Of a stretch of DNA of 64,000 bases, positions 1 through 12,438 are shown in pieces (within the stretch, counting starts at the first letter, position 1; each line of letters opens with the position of its first letter). The notes under the pieces were generated by a model, which was not told where the DNA came from, searched no databases, and saw nothing but the letters and a program-made list of their open reading frames with translations. The stretch lies in assembly GCF_009914755.1 (NCBI RefSeq), contig NC_060931.1; one strand, 5' to 3'. The position numbers were made by a program, and so were the translations under genes. Origin of the DNA: the human T2T-CHM13v2.0 reference genome, Homo sapiens.

Positions 1-100
1 ACTGAGATATCCTACAATGCATAGGACAGCCTTCCTCAGCCTTTTGCCACAGGGCCAAAGAATTATCTGGCCCATCAATAAGGACAAAGATAAGAAATCA
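1..100 (+). mobile_element. MER20 3' fragment
   Basis: ATCCTACAATGCATAGGACAGCC...AAAGAATTATCTGGCCC. Confidence 0.6.
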
Positions 101-150
101 CAGAAGCTCTCTGTGTGTTGGAACAAGTTTTGAGTCAAGCAGTTAACGTC

Positions 151-290
151 AGCTGGATGTAGTCACTCACACCTGTACCCCCAGCACTTTGAGAGGCTGA
201 GGCAGGAGGATCAGTTGAGCTCAGGAGTTCAAGCCCAGCCTTGGCAACGTAGCGAGGTCCCATGTCACATTTAGAAATTTTTTTAAAAAG
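151..290 (+). mobile_element. FLAM (free left Alu monomer)
   Basis: Single-arm Alu-like sequence. Confidence 0.7.
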
Positions 291-2878
291 TTAAAACCCT
301 GGGCTTGTCATCATTGTTCTCTAATTTTTCAAAGGCTGTCAGAACTGCCACCTCAGCCCACCCCAGTCCATTTATTGCTTATTTGCATTTTAGTGTTCTA
401 TCATAACAAACAATTGCTAACAGATCTTGTGTTCAACAGGCACCTTATTTCAGTTGATGACATATGATAATTTAAGTAAATGTATTACCACTGCATGTCT
501 TGGACTACCAATATCTTATTTTCCACTGGTAATCAAGATATCATTGCCTTTAAATCCAAACTGGGTCAAATAATAAATATCAAATTCCCAGTGTTGAAGT
601 TTTATTTCTTTATTTTTTGAACATCTTTATATACCAACTATTGTATCAGACAAAATTAGTATAGCAAATAGAAAACACTACATATATTTCATGTAGAAAA
701 ATATTTTGGTATGTATAAAATCATTTAAAAGACTGAAGGAGTGAAAGTCAGAGATTCAAGGAAATTTTCAGTTTCAAGATCATATAACTGTAGCTATGAT
801 CTGGAGGTCAGAAAACTAGTGCAGCTGTTGCTGCTAACCCTCTCCACAACTGCTCCTCCATCTTGCCCTTATACCTTTGAATTAAGCTAGTGAATATGGA
901 TTCTATTCTTATAGATGATTGAGCTTCTTTTCTGCTGTTACAGCTACACGAACATGGCCTCTGCCTCCCTTACATTTTCTACATATCAAGATGCCCATGG
1001 GATACCTAATACATCTGAGTTAAGTAATTGTTTAAAGTTTTTAAAAATTTGGTTTCTCCAATGTTGTTAGTTTTATTTAAATATTTAATGATTCTTGGTT
1101 GTCTATATATATTTGTGTTCATAGTATATAATACGTAGTGTTGATGGCCAGAATTGATGTACTTTGTCCAAATAAGAAGCCCTGTTCACCTGGCAGAGAA
1201 TAAATGCAAGTTTTCATTATAGGTATACTGGTTCTGATGGTTGTGTGTTTGTTTGTAGGGTTGAGGAAGTTGGTGGTATAGGGAGGTTACATGTGAGTAG
1301 GCTCTTCTTTATGATTTATGAGTAGTTTCTATGCTGGATCTTCCTATTTCAGCTATTAAGACAACTGAAAGTCAGTGAGGTTACTATCAGTCTCCTTCCT
1401 ATAAACCTGTTTTCCATTCTGGTAATCTCTGAAGTTAGACTTCCCCCTTAGTAGAGCTGTATTTGAAGTTTTATTCAGGAGAGAAATGCTATTTTCAGCT
1501 CCTCTGACAACAGAATTACTATGTGGCTCTTTTCCTTCTAATGAATTATCCAGTCTATTGTCCAAGTCTCAGCCCTTCTCACAACCCTCATTGTCTCTTA
1601 CCTAAGCGTTATGCAGAGAATGTATTGGAAAAACTCACTTTAGTGATTCTTCTCTTTGATGATTCATCACCTGGATGAATTTATTAGCTCCTTAGTCTGT
1701 TGGATTTTGTTGGCAATGTGGACCTACTTCCAGAACTGTCAAAATTCCTCCATAGCCCTCAAAAGTCTGCTGGTGACATTACTCTCAGGTTTATAGCAAT
1801 GCTATGATTTTATGGATTTATTTCTATTTGTATATTTCTTCTGTGATTTCTGTGTATTTTGGGGAGGGTAGTGAGGTAATTCACAAGTTCAATTAGTTTA
1901 ATTAGTTGTGAACCAGCACTATTATCCTTAGATTTACAGCAAACTAATTTTACTTTCTTGGTTTCTTAAAAAATTAATCAGGATCTGCAGTTTCTCTCTC
2001 AACAAAATAAGACAATTCATTTTTTTCTTCATTTATCTTATTTTACTTTCCCTAAGCACTTCATCTCTTTACCCCCTACATCTTGGATTTGGTTACCGTA
2101 ATTTAGAATTATGACCCCTCTAGTTTGCATATCCTTGCTTAATAAAACTGTATTAAATCCCACAATCTCAGTGTTGACAATTATTCACAATTAATTCTAA
2201 CTTATTTTCTTTTTCTCTTACATCATTTTTTCATTGCATGTCCTCTAATTTCTTGGATTTAAAAGACTTTTTTCTTAGAGTAATTTTGGAAATAGGGTAC
2301 ACTGTTATCTGCTTCTCAAAACTTTAAGTAACCAGACAGGTTATTAATATTATTTCCAGATTCTGGGTGATGAATCAGAGGCTCAATGTTGCCTTTTTTT
2401 AGGGTAACACAAATTCAGTGGCCAAGCCTAGACCCAAATTCGGATCTCCAGACTCTTAAGTTTGCTGTCTTTTGTATACATATTTGTTTCTTTTTCTTAC
2501 AGTAGGTGTCCACAACAAGCTATTTATTTTACTATCTTTTGTTGGAGTAGTTTGAAAGACCATTTCTGAATATAGAACTCTGCTTTTCATAATTATTACT
2601 GATGCTTGTGCAGTCATATTTAGTTTGCTTAATTAGACAGAATTGTGGACATTAAGAATATTATTTGGCAAAATCCTACATTGAGGCAGTTTGTGCTTGC
2701 TGTTTTTTGGAAATGATAATTATTATATAATTCTTCTTCTTTGTGTAGTCATGCATAAATATCTTGAATTTGAATACCTGGCAACTAGAATAAAAGAGAA
2801 ACATGATGGATTACATAACATAAATATTCTACCAAGAAGATGGCAGAGCATTAGGAGACTCAAAATTTTCTGAGTTAA

Positions 2879-3209
<331 letters not shown>

Positions 3210-3319
3210 TTATCACATACGCCTTAAAGATGTTCAGCAGAATATTATTGGAGATGCTATTATAGCCAGTTTACAACCAATAAAGACAAATTCTTTATAT
3301 GACATCAAAATGTAATTTC

Positions 3320-3790
3320 CTTTATAAATATGGGTGCAAAAATCAACAAAATACTAGCAAACTGAATCTAGCATCTATAAAAAGATTTATACAACATGAC
3401 TAAGTAGAATTTATACTAGAAGTGCAAGGTTGATTAAACAAATAAAAATCAAGCAATATAGTAATATACTATATTGAAAAAATAAAGTACAAAAATCACA
3501 TGATCATCTCAATAGACAGAGAAAGAGTATTTAATAAAATTCGAAGCTCTTTCATGATAAAAACAGTTGGCAAACTAGGAACAGGAAAGTTCCTCCACCT
3601 GAAAAAGGGCATCTTTGAAAAACTATAGATAACATAAGACTAAGTGGAAGACTGAAAGTTTTCTTCCTAAAGTCAGAAACAAGACAAAGAAGTCTTTCCC
3701 TCACCACATTTATTCAACAATGTTCTGCAGGTTCTAGGCAGAGCAATTAGGCAAGAAAAAGCAATAACAAGCATTCACAAAAGGGAGGGA
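3320..3790 (+). mobile_element. Old L1 ORF2 fragment
   Basis: CAAAATACTAGCAAACTGAATC...CACATGATCATCTCAATAGAC...GCAGAGCAATTAGGCAAGAAAAAG (RT region). Confidence 0.75.
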
Positions 3791-4054
3791 AAAGTTCAAG
3801 CCCCTTCATTTAATATCATTTCCTGGAAGTTGCACGTACTGTTTCTGCTGACATGCAATTGGCCAGAACTTAACTGCATAACTCCAAGCAACATCAAGAA
3901 AGTTGGTATATTATGTCTTTATTCTTTGAAAACTTATGCCCAGTTAAAATTTGGAGCTTCCATTTTTGAAGAAAAAGGAGATAATGGGTATTGGGAAACA
4001 ACCAGCAGTTCTTTCCATGTTTATTGAATGCAGGTCAAAAAAAGGAATTAGGTA

Positions 4055-4152
4055 ATTTTTTTCTTTTCTTTTTACCCTACTTTTCTTCTTCCTTTTTCCC
4101 TCCCTCTCTTCCTTCCCTCCTTTTCTCCTTCTTTCCTTCTCTTACTTTCTTT
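4055..4152 (+). repeat. CT-rich low-complexity tract
   Basis: Almost pure pyrimidine. Confidence 0.8.
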
Positions 4153-4174
4153 CAATACATGAATTGCAAAAGAT

Positions 4175-4438
4175 TAATAACGTAAATGCAATATTGTCTT
4201 CTGGATTGGATCTTGGAACAGAAAAAAGGACATTAGTAGGAAAATTAGTGAAATATAAATAAAGTGTTTAGTCAACAAAACTGTACTCATGTTAGTTTCT
4301 TAGTTTTGATAAATGTATTATGGTTATATAAGATACTGATATTAGTGGTAGCTAGGTGAAGGATGTACAAAAACTCAGTATTATTATTGCACTTTTTGGT
4401 AAATCTGAAATTACTTCAAAATTAAAAGTTAAAAAAAA
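4175..4438 (+). mobile_element. L1M 3'-end fragment
   Basis: TGGATTGGATCTTGGAACAGAAAAAAGGACATTAGT... ending in an A-rich tail. Confidence 0.6.
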
Positions 4439-4523
4439 ATGATTGCTGATATCCAATGGCCACAGGTTTGGAAAACTAGAAAGAATTCTTATCCACTCTT
4501 GGTGGTATATATATTAGTACAGA

Positions 4524-4865
<342 letters not shown>

Positions 4866-5406
4866 TAAATGAATTAATACATTTTGATTCTGAAAATCTC
4901 CTTCTAGAAATTAGTTTTACATAAACACGAATGCCAGATTTTGAATTTCTCTTTTAGATGATTCAGCATAATTGCTCCAAATAAATCTAAAAGGCTATTG
5001 TCAAACAGTGGAATATTTGGATTTATAATTTCATAGATAAGACTATCAGTCCATGATATGGTTGGTGTTTAAAGTAGAATGGAAGTGAAATTCCCAGAGT
5101 GGAGTTTTTAAAATAACCAAGTTCCTAGGATTTTAACTGGAAGAATAAATATCTGAAAGGCAATGAGGAGTATTAAGCATGGGATGCCACTTCTGCACCT
5201 TGAGAAAATGAAGTATGGAAGGATGAGTGGTTTTCATTTGAGAGGGCTGCAGGGTAACTGTTTCTATTTCAGATGAGGAGGTAAAAAGAATGGGCATTGA
5301 AAAGGAAAAATGTTTACTAAGTAGGTTATACATTTTGGAATAGAAGTTTCTATAGCACAATAGAAAAGTTTGAGAGGTCACATGGCAATGATAGTTTGGG
5401 TGAGAG

Positions 5407-6099
5407 TGAGGCAGGAGAATAGGGTGTGGAGGCAGGGAACCTAAGGATGTGTCACTCCGACTTCCTAAGAACTAAATTGAAAGGAAACCCCTAACTTTCC
5501 ATGCCTAAGTAACAAAAGGACCAGAGGCTACTCCCTTTGCAAACCCCCACTTTTTCTGCAGGGCAGATGGGAAATTGGCTGTGGGCAGCAAATCAGACTG
5601 ATTGCAGGAGAGTCTTCCTTTGCATAGAAGTATCACTTTGTAACTTCACCATCTGCAAGAAATCAAACTGATTGCAGGGGAAATCTTCCTTTGCATAGAG
5701 GTATACCACTTTGTAACTTCACCCTAGCCTCTGATTGATTGCTTTTTGCACCAATGTTTGCACAGGAGCAGGACCTTTGTAACTTCACTTCAGCCTCTGG
5801 TTGGCTGCTTTCTGCAACCAATCAGACTGATTGCGCGTTACTTCATTTACATGAGGTGAGCATTAGGTGGCCAATAGGAAGCTTCTAGAGGGTATTTGGA
5901 CTCAAGATTCTGTATCCGGGCCCTTGAGCCGCTGCTCAGGTCGCTTCCGTACAGAGCGTGCTTTAATTTTCAATAAGTCCCTGCTTTTGTTGTTTTGTTG
6001 CTTCATTCTTTCTTTGCTTTGCTGGGCGTTTTGTCCAATTCTTTGTTAAAAACGCCAAGAACCTGGACAACTTGCAGTCACGATCCTCTACCGGTGACA
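5407..6099 (+). mobile_element. Solo ERV1 LTR, MER51-like
   Basis: TG...CA termini (TGAGGCAGGAGAATAGGG... ...CCGGTGACA), internal ~70-bp repeats and three CCAAT boxes. Resembles the recalled MER51 consensus. No clean TSD. Confidence 0.75.
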
Positions 6100-6404
6100 A
6101 TATCATTTAAATATTGGTAGTGGCTTAAGGTAGCAAACATCCCTTTGTGGAACGTTTACTCAGTAAATCCTTAAAAAACAGATCAGAAACAAAAACTGGC
6201 CTCCCAGGGATTTGGACTCAGGAGGTGAATTAGGCGCGGAGAGGGCGGAGCCTTTGGGGTTTATGGGCGGAATTGCACAGGGTTTGGCGGGGATCTCTGC
6301 TCCGCCTTGGCACTACTCGGCTCCGCTCGCCTCCGCGCGGCTCCCTGGGCTTTCACTCGGCTCTGTTCGGCTCCTGCTCGGGAAGGGTGCGCGGGGGCGA
6401 GTCC

Positions 6405-6415
6405 TGCGCATGCGC
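6405..6415. promoter_or_regulatory. NRF1 binding motif
   Basis: TGCGCATGCGC matches the NRF1 consensus YGCGCAYGCGC, just upstream of the inferred TSS. Confidence 0.75.
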
Positions 6416-6466
6416 CCTCAATTCCTGCTGCTCTCAGGGCTGCGCTCAGCCTCGTGTTTTCACTTC

Positions 6467-6914
6467 CTTTTCAGAGCTGTATCCGGGTCGCTGCTTTCCC
6501 TATTGTCTGAGGCAGCCGCCCTCGCGCTGTGCAATTTCTGGTCTTTCGTTGCTTCTGGTCCAGGCTAATAAAGTTTTTCTTTCTTTAATTTTTTTTCTTC
6601 TAGTTTTAACGGGAGAAATTAACTCCCCGGGGCCGCCGGGTTGACTGCGCTGCCTGGGCCGGAGGTCTTCTCCGGCCAGGGAGCGCTGTGGGAAGGGGCT
6701 CGAGCGGCCAGGGCCAGGCGAGGCCGGGGGGGCGGGGGGTTAGGGGACCGCGGGGCTACTCTTGGGAGCGCCCCTGTCCGGCTGGCTGCGCGCCGGTTTT
6801 AAATAGCATCTTTCGGACTTGTCTTCGCGGCCCCAGTCCCCGACCTCGGCGCTGCCTGGGCTCCTGCAGCCTCTCCCTAAGTCTTCTCCAAACGACCACC
6901 TCACGGATTCCTTA
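6467..6914 (+). other. PHF14: PHF14 exon 1: GC-rich ATG-free 5'UTR plus the single A of the start codon (5' end approximate)
   Basis: Lies within the CpG island and ends ...GGATTCCTTA|GTAAGT (donor at 6915). No ATG seen between 6413 and 6913. The 5' end is inferred from promoter motifs only. Confidence 0.8.
6914..6914 (+). CDS. PHF14: PHF14 CDS base 1 (A of split ATG)
   Basis: A6914 joined to TG at 7425-7426 gives ATG GAT CGC AGC (MDRS). Exon 2 has no ATG of its own in this frame. Confidence 0.9.
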
Positions 6915-7424
6915 GTAAGTGTATCCGAGGCCTCTGCGGCGAGAGGTCCATTTCAGCCATTCTAGAAGTCAGGGCCGGTGGGAGCAGGGCAGGGGTGGGA
7001 GAGTCCTGCGGGAAAGCAGGATTGGTGGACCCTCGCCCTCCATGGTCCGCGGGAATGAAGCCCGCTTGTTTTATTCCCTGATTTTTGCCGTTTTTATTGA
7101 CTGTTACGATGTCTAAGTGGGGGATTACGAGGAAGGTGCAGAAACATCTCGAAAAGATGAGCAAGAGGGTCAGCTTCGATTTTAGCTGGTCTGAGTTGGC
7201 GTTGGCAGCATCAGGGCTGGAGCTGCCTTTGAAACTGCCCGTGGAGCTGTCCAGCCCTCCCCACCCTGCTTCTGCACCCCAACCTTCTCCTGACCCCTTT
7301 TGCTGAGAACTCAGTTAGACAAAAATTCCTTGTGCGAGGTCATCTTTATGTTCTCTTAGCACCACAACTCTCCCCTGTGTTTGGTGTGATTATGAATGAC
7401 AATGTAATTTTTTTCTCTTCACAG

Positions 7425-7535
7425 TGGATCGCAGCTCCAAGAGGAGGCAGGTGAAGCCTTTGGCAGCTTCTCTGCTGGAAGCTCTTGATTATGATAGTTC
7501 AGATGACAGTGATTTTAAAGTTGGAGATGCCTCAG
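7425..7535 (+). CDS. PHF14: PHF14 exon 2 (aa 1-38)
   Basis: Acceptor ttttttctcttcacAG|TGGATC, donor TCAG|GTAAAT; 111 nt; MDRSSKRRQVKPLAASLLEALDYDSSDDSDFKVGDAS. Confidence 0.96.
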
Positions 7536-10500
7536 GTAAATATTTCCTTCTCTCTTCCCCTTTCCCAGCTTTCTGGAGTTAGGCTTATTTTTAGACTTTT
7601 TAAATCGGTTTTGATTAAAATGCCAATTTTAAGTGAAAGCACGTAAACTTCATTTATTTTGTCCATTTGATTTCCCATTTTGCCTTTAGATCCTGTCACT
7701 AGACCTATAATTGCTTCTGTTTTCCTCAGAGATAATTAGCAGTCAGGGGAAGGACTTTTTCCAAAGATGCAAAAGGATTTCTCTGTTTTACACCTTAAAA
7801 TATATTTATGCTTATATTATAGAGGAAAAAACTGAAAGATATCCCGAAGTAGAAAAGTATCCTGAGAGGTGTGTGGACCATTAATAGTCCCTGAGCAGGG
7901 TTCTTCTTTTTTCAGATCACTTGACAATCTCTTAGGGGAGTTTTGCTTTTTTTGTGTATTAGCTCTTTTACTAGAATAAAATTGACCAGAGTAAGAGTTG
8001 CACTTCAAATTATAGTAGGTGCTGGACCTTGTGGATTGGGCCTTTCAGATGTCTCTGAAGTATAAGTCATGCATGCTTGCTCACTATATTTAGTAATTTT
8101 AAAAACTTTTTTTAAAGGTCGTATATTCACATTGTACTAAACTGGAAAACAGAAAAGTATGATTTTCCTTTGTATTTTCTGTTCAGTGTACCTTATGTAT
8201 ATATACAGTTTCAATTGAAGGAATCTGAGAAACAAAAATTATGTTTAATTTAAATGTTTTATGGGAAAAATACTGATAAACATGAACAATGAAAATTATG
8301 TGTAATTCCACCTCTTTTGAAAATTTTAATAAAGTGAGATGAAAATTTAAATAAAATGAGAAGTAAAAGCCTTTCCAGTTTCATCTCTTCAACAGTTTTT
8401 AAATATCCTTCCAGAGAGTTTGCCGTGGTTAGTCACATCTCTCCTTCTTCTGGTTTTCCCTTGTCTTTTTCCTGCTAGGGATAGTAGGAAGGGATGAACG
8501 AAATTATATTACTGTTGCTAATTTTAGTAGCATCAACAGCAGAATTTGCATTGTGATTTACTGATAACTTTTTGTTTGCATAATCTCACTTAATTTTCAC
8601 AGTAACTTAGTGAAGGAGATACCATTTTACAGGTAACAGGGGTATTGAGTTTAAAGAACTGGCATGAGGTCACTCAGGCAGTAACGGATCCAATGGATTT
8701 GACTTCAGAATTTAGTCTGTTTATCTGCTTGGATCCCAAGAGTTGATGGACGGAATCTTAAACAGAAACTGACTATTTGGTTACTAATTGAATTCATCCG
8801 CAGCAATCAAAAATTGATAAGTTTATCTTGATTAACTGTTTTTTTATCCTTTGCTTCTCAGCTCTTTATCTCCCATTTAGTTGGTTTGCTGATATTTGGT
8901 ATTTCCAAAGAAGGGAAGGGGAAGGGAAAGGAGGTAAAATTTAAATCTTAGTTCTCTTGGTAAAGACCTTGGCAGATAAGAATATTCCTGGCTAGGATGT
9001 AGTTTTGGTTTGTTATGGTTGTGGTTGTAAACTTTGACAAACATAGTTGGGTCGTGGAAGTTACGAATTCTTTGAATATGGGAACAATTCTAAAACTTAC
9101 ATTAAGTATTACATTATTATGTGACAATAAATCTTGACTTTATGGACAATTTGTTTCCAAGGTTTGTTCATTGAGATGGAATATTCACAGGTATCACTTC
9201 TTTTTCAAGTGGTAAAACAATCTGATACAAACATAAAGTACTTTCTCAAAATATTTTATGATATCGAGCTAAGTAGAGATTTCTGACCTTGTTAAATCCT
9301 AATTATAGTTGAAGAGAACTGTTATTTGTGAAAAATGATAGGATGAGTTTTGTTAGGTTGATATATCTATATATCCCTTAAACACACTAAAAATATTTAC
9401 TTTCTGTTCCCTCTTGTAATATAATATCTAGTATGCTGCACTCATAATTTACCTTCCTGGCCCCCTGGGGAGCTTAAATTTGCGATCTGTGGTCTCAGGT
9501 CACAAATTTGTATGTATAGTTCTTGGTATTTATTGTAAAAGGGAATTTAGAAGAAAATGATTGTATTTAAAATGATCAGTAGTCAACAGAAATTGAATCA
9601 TATTTTTGACTCTTGTTTTAGGTGCATTGATGCTCTGCATAGCTGAGATATTGGCTTACTCTAGATTACCATTGTTTTCCATTTGAATCTTTTCTGTGCC
9701 TGAGATAGTATATATTTAGTTGGAGTCTTGTAGAGAATAAGACATTAGTCCTATCACTGGTTTCCAAACATGTTGAAGTTGTGGATTCCCAGCCCTACTT
9801 ACAAATAGGAGATTAAATTGGAAGTAGAGAAATGGTAGCTAAACATCTGTCTGATCATATCTTCTTTCAAAACAACTTCTAGAAATGACTCATTGAATGA
9901 ACTACGGACTTCCTTAGAACTTAATATTAAAGTGGTTAGATTCGTTGGCCTTAATTTTGGCTAACTGGATTCCGTGGATCAATTTCTTCTTACCTTCATC
10001 TTGAAATCTGAAATTCTGACTATAAAACTTTTTATATTTCTGTTTGGTTTTAAGAATAAATATAGAAAACATTTGCAGATAAACATAATTTAACTCTATC
10101 ATAAAATAGAAACAAATCAACATTGGTAAAGAATGACCCACCCATAAGATTGGCAAGTGATTACGAGCCTGTACCTTTAGAAAATTATGAAACTGAAGAT
10201 AGTTTATATTTTATTTTTAATGCAAAAGCAAAAGTAAGCTGCTCATTTTTGATTGAAAGCAGTCAATAAAGTTTGAAATGAGTAAGTCCTAAAATAGGAT
10301 ATATATGCATTATTAGAATTATGGTGATAACCACCAGAAGAACCATATGTAGAAATGTTAGGTTGAACTATATGGAATTACCAGTTTTGTAGGTCCAAAA
10401 CACACAGTCAAATATTAGCAATTTCATGGTTTTACCTAGTTAAAGTGTTGATATTTGAGACTTGGGCATAGGGTTGGGTGTATGATAGGAGACTTATTTA

Positions 10501-11184
10501 CATTTGGTTATCTGCTACATTAATTGAATGTTTTAAAGAATGTTTACATCTTTTTAAAGATGCAGACATGTATTAGTTCTATTAACCAGACAGATTAGCC
10601 ATGCTCTCTACCCCTATCCCCCACCAGGCAAAGTAAAATGGGGTTAACTTTAGATCTTGATCAAAAGTTAGTTTAGTTAGGCCATATTGCCAGGAAATAA
10701 TTTAATGAGAAGTGTCAGCCTGAGACTTTGGTGGTATTTTGTGCTTAATCTGACTTTGAATAAGTGGACCAAGATGTGTTCATTGATTGTCCGTAGTTTA
10801 GCCCTTTGCTAGATGTTATGGTGAATTTACAAAACAGTAGTAATAATATTAGAATAAGTAAGTAAAATAACATGTAAGTAAAATAAAAATTAGAATAATT
10901 AAATAAAATAGTTGATACAAAGGATGGTTGATCACTTGTGTAGTTCAAGTCTTTCATAGGAAATGAGATTAGATTGATGTAGAACAATTTCATTGAGGAG
11001 AGGAGGTAAAAGTGGAACTATGAACAGAAGGATTTAGATAAACAGCAATCTTGGTGAGGCAAAAATTAAAAGTGTTGAGACTTGGAATTGTTTTTTTATA
11101 TTTGGGGATCAGTGTTGAGTAAAAGTAGAAGAGATAAGCCTGGAAAAATAGAATAAGGTCAAATTGTGGCTGTATATACGAGTT

Positions 11185-11430
11185 AACGGTTTCTCAACCT
11201 TGGCACTATTGGCATTTTGTGTTGGATAATTTTTTGTTGTGGAGGCTTGTCCTGTACCCAGTAGGATGTTTAGCAACAACAACCTTTTCCTCTACTAGAT
11301 GCCAGTAGCATCTTTCCTACCTGCCCCAGCCTCACCTCCACCTCCACTTCCACTGTTGTGGCAACTATTGTTTCCAGACATTGCCAGTTGTCCTCTGGGG
11401 GAAAAAAATGTTCCCGTTTGAGTACCACTG
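11185..11430 (-). mobile_element. MER20 (hAT-Charlie)
   Basis: GGTTTCTCAACCTTGGCACTATT...CTAGATGCCAGTAGCA...CCAGACATTGCCA...GAGTACCACTG. Confidence 0.8.
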
Positions 11431-12368
11431 GCTCATACAAACCAAGATGACATAGCTGGAACTAGAATCGGAAGTGGAGGATGAGTTGTGTTGACTCATT
11501 GGCTGTCTTCAAGACATATACGGTTTTGGTCAAACATAGCCCTGGGATAGCTGTAAATAACTAGTAGAATAGTGATTGATCTGTTATCTATTGTGTATAT
11601 TTATAGTACTAACACTGTTGTACCAGATCAATGAACAGAATTAGATTGATGAAATTGATGAACAAATTTATATTGCATATATTGTATATTAGCATAAAAC
11701 TAAATTAAATCATATTGATTTTGTTATGGGGAGAACATTGGATATAATGGTATTGATGGTTGATATTAATTAAATTAATTTTTATTTTATTATTTGATAT
11801 TGTAAAGGGATTCTTGAAGGTTGGTGTTTTAAATTCTAATTTTAAAATTTATTTTATTTTTTTGTCTGGCCATTACCACTCAGAGGAGTTTTTAAAAATT
11901 CTGTAATGGTAAAAAATTTCTTAACTGTCTGTTAGTTGAAATAGCTGTTGCTTGGAGAGATTCTGATATATTGTATGTTTGAGAAAGGTTATCTTTTATT
12001 TAACCAAATGGGAAGTAGGATTTCAATTTTAAAGATATATTTTTTCAAACGTAAGAAAGGTTTATTGTAGACTTGAAATTAACTCTTTCTGCCTAAGATA
12101 ATTTCTCCAGTATATTTCTTTTTTTCCTTTCCTTTCTCTCTCTTTTTTTTTTTTTTTTGGAACATAGCACAGAGTCATTCTTTGATGACTAGGAAATTTT
12201 GTCTTTGCAGCCTATGGAAAAAATAGCCAAGGGCCTTGATTTTTCTCATTGTCATTATTACCCAGCTATGGTTGTAAATAAATATGGTTTATCTCCATTC
12301 CTCCAGTGCATATGTACAAAAAAGAAATAGTGACTAATTAGATGAAGAAGTTATTTTTCAGATATCAG

Positions 12369-12438
12369 AGAAAGATAAGATTTGATGTATTGCTGATCCC
12401 TATAGAAAGATAAAATTTGATATATTGCTGATCCCTGT
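12369..12438 (+). repeat. 35-bp tandem duplication
   Basis: AGAAAGATAAGATTTGATGTATTGCTGATCCCTAT / AGAAAGATAAAATTTGATATATTGCTGATCCCTGT. Confidence 0.85.

Larger units (their letters stand above)
6230..7250. promoter_or_regulatory. CpG-island promoter of PHF14
   Basis: Dense CpG and high GC against an AT-rich background. GC boxes GGGCGG at 6243-6248 and 6265-6270, ETS-like ACTTCC at 6462-6467, no TATA box evident. Confidence 0.9.

Noticed and set aside
6212-7306. Cluster of ORFs around the promoter / uORFs
   Set aside because: They start at TTG/GTG in GC-rich island sequence; no ATG in the inferred 5'UTR
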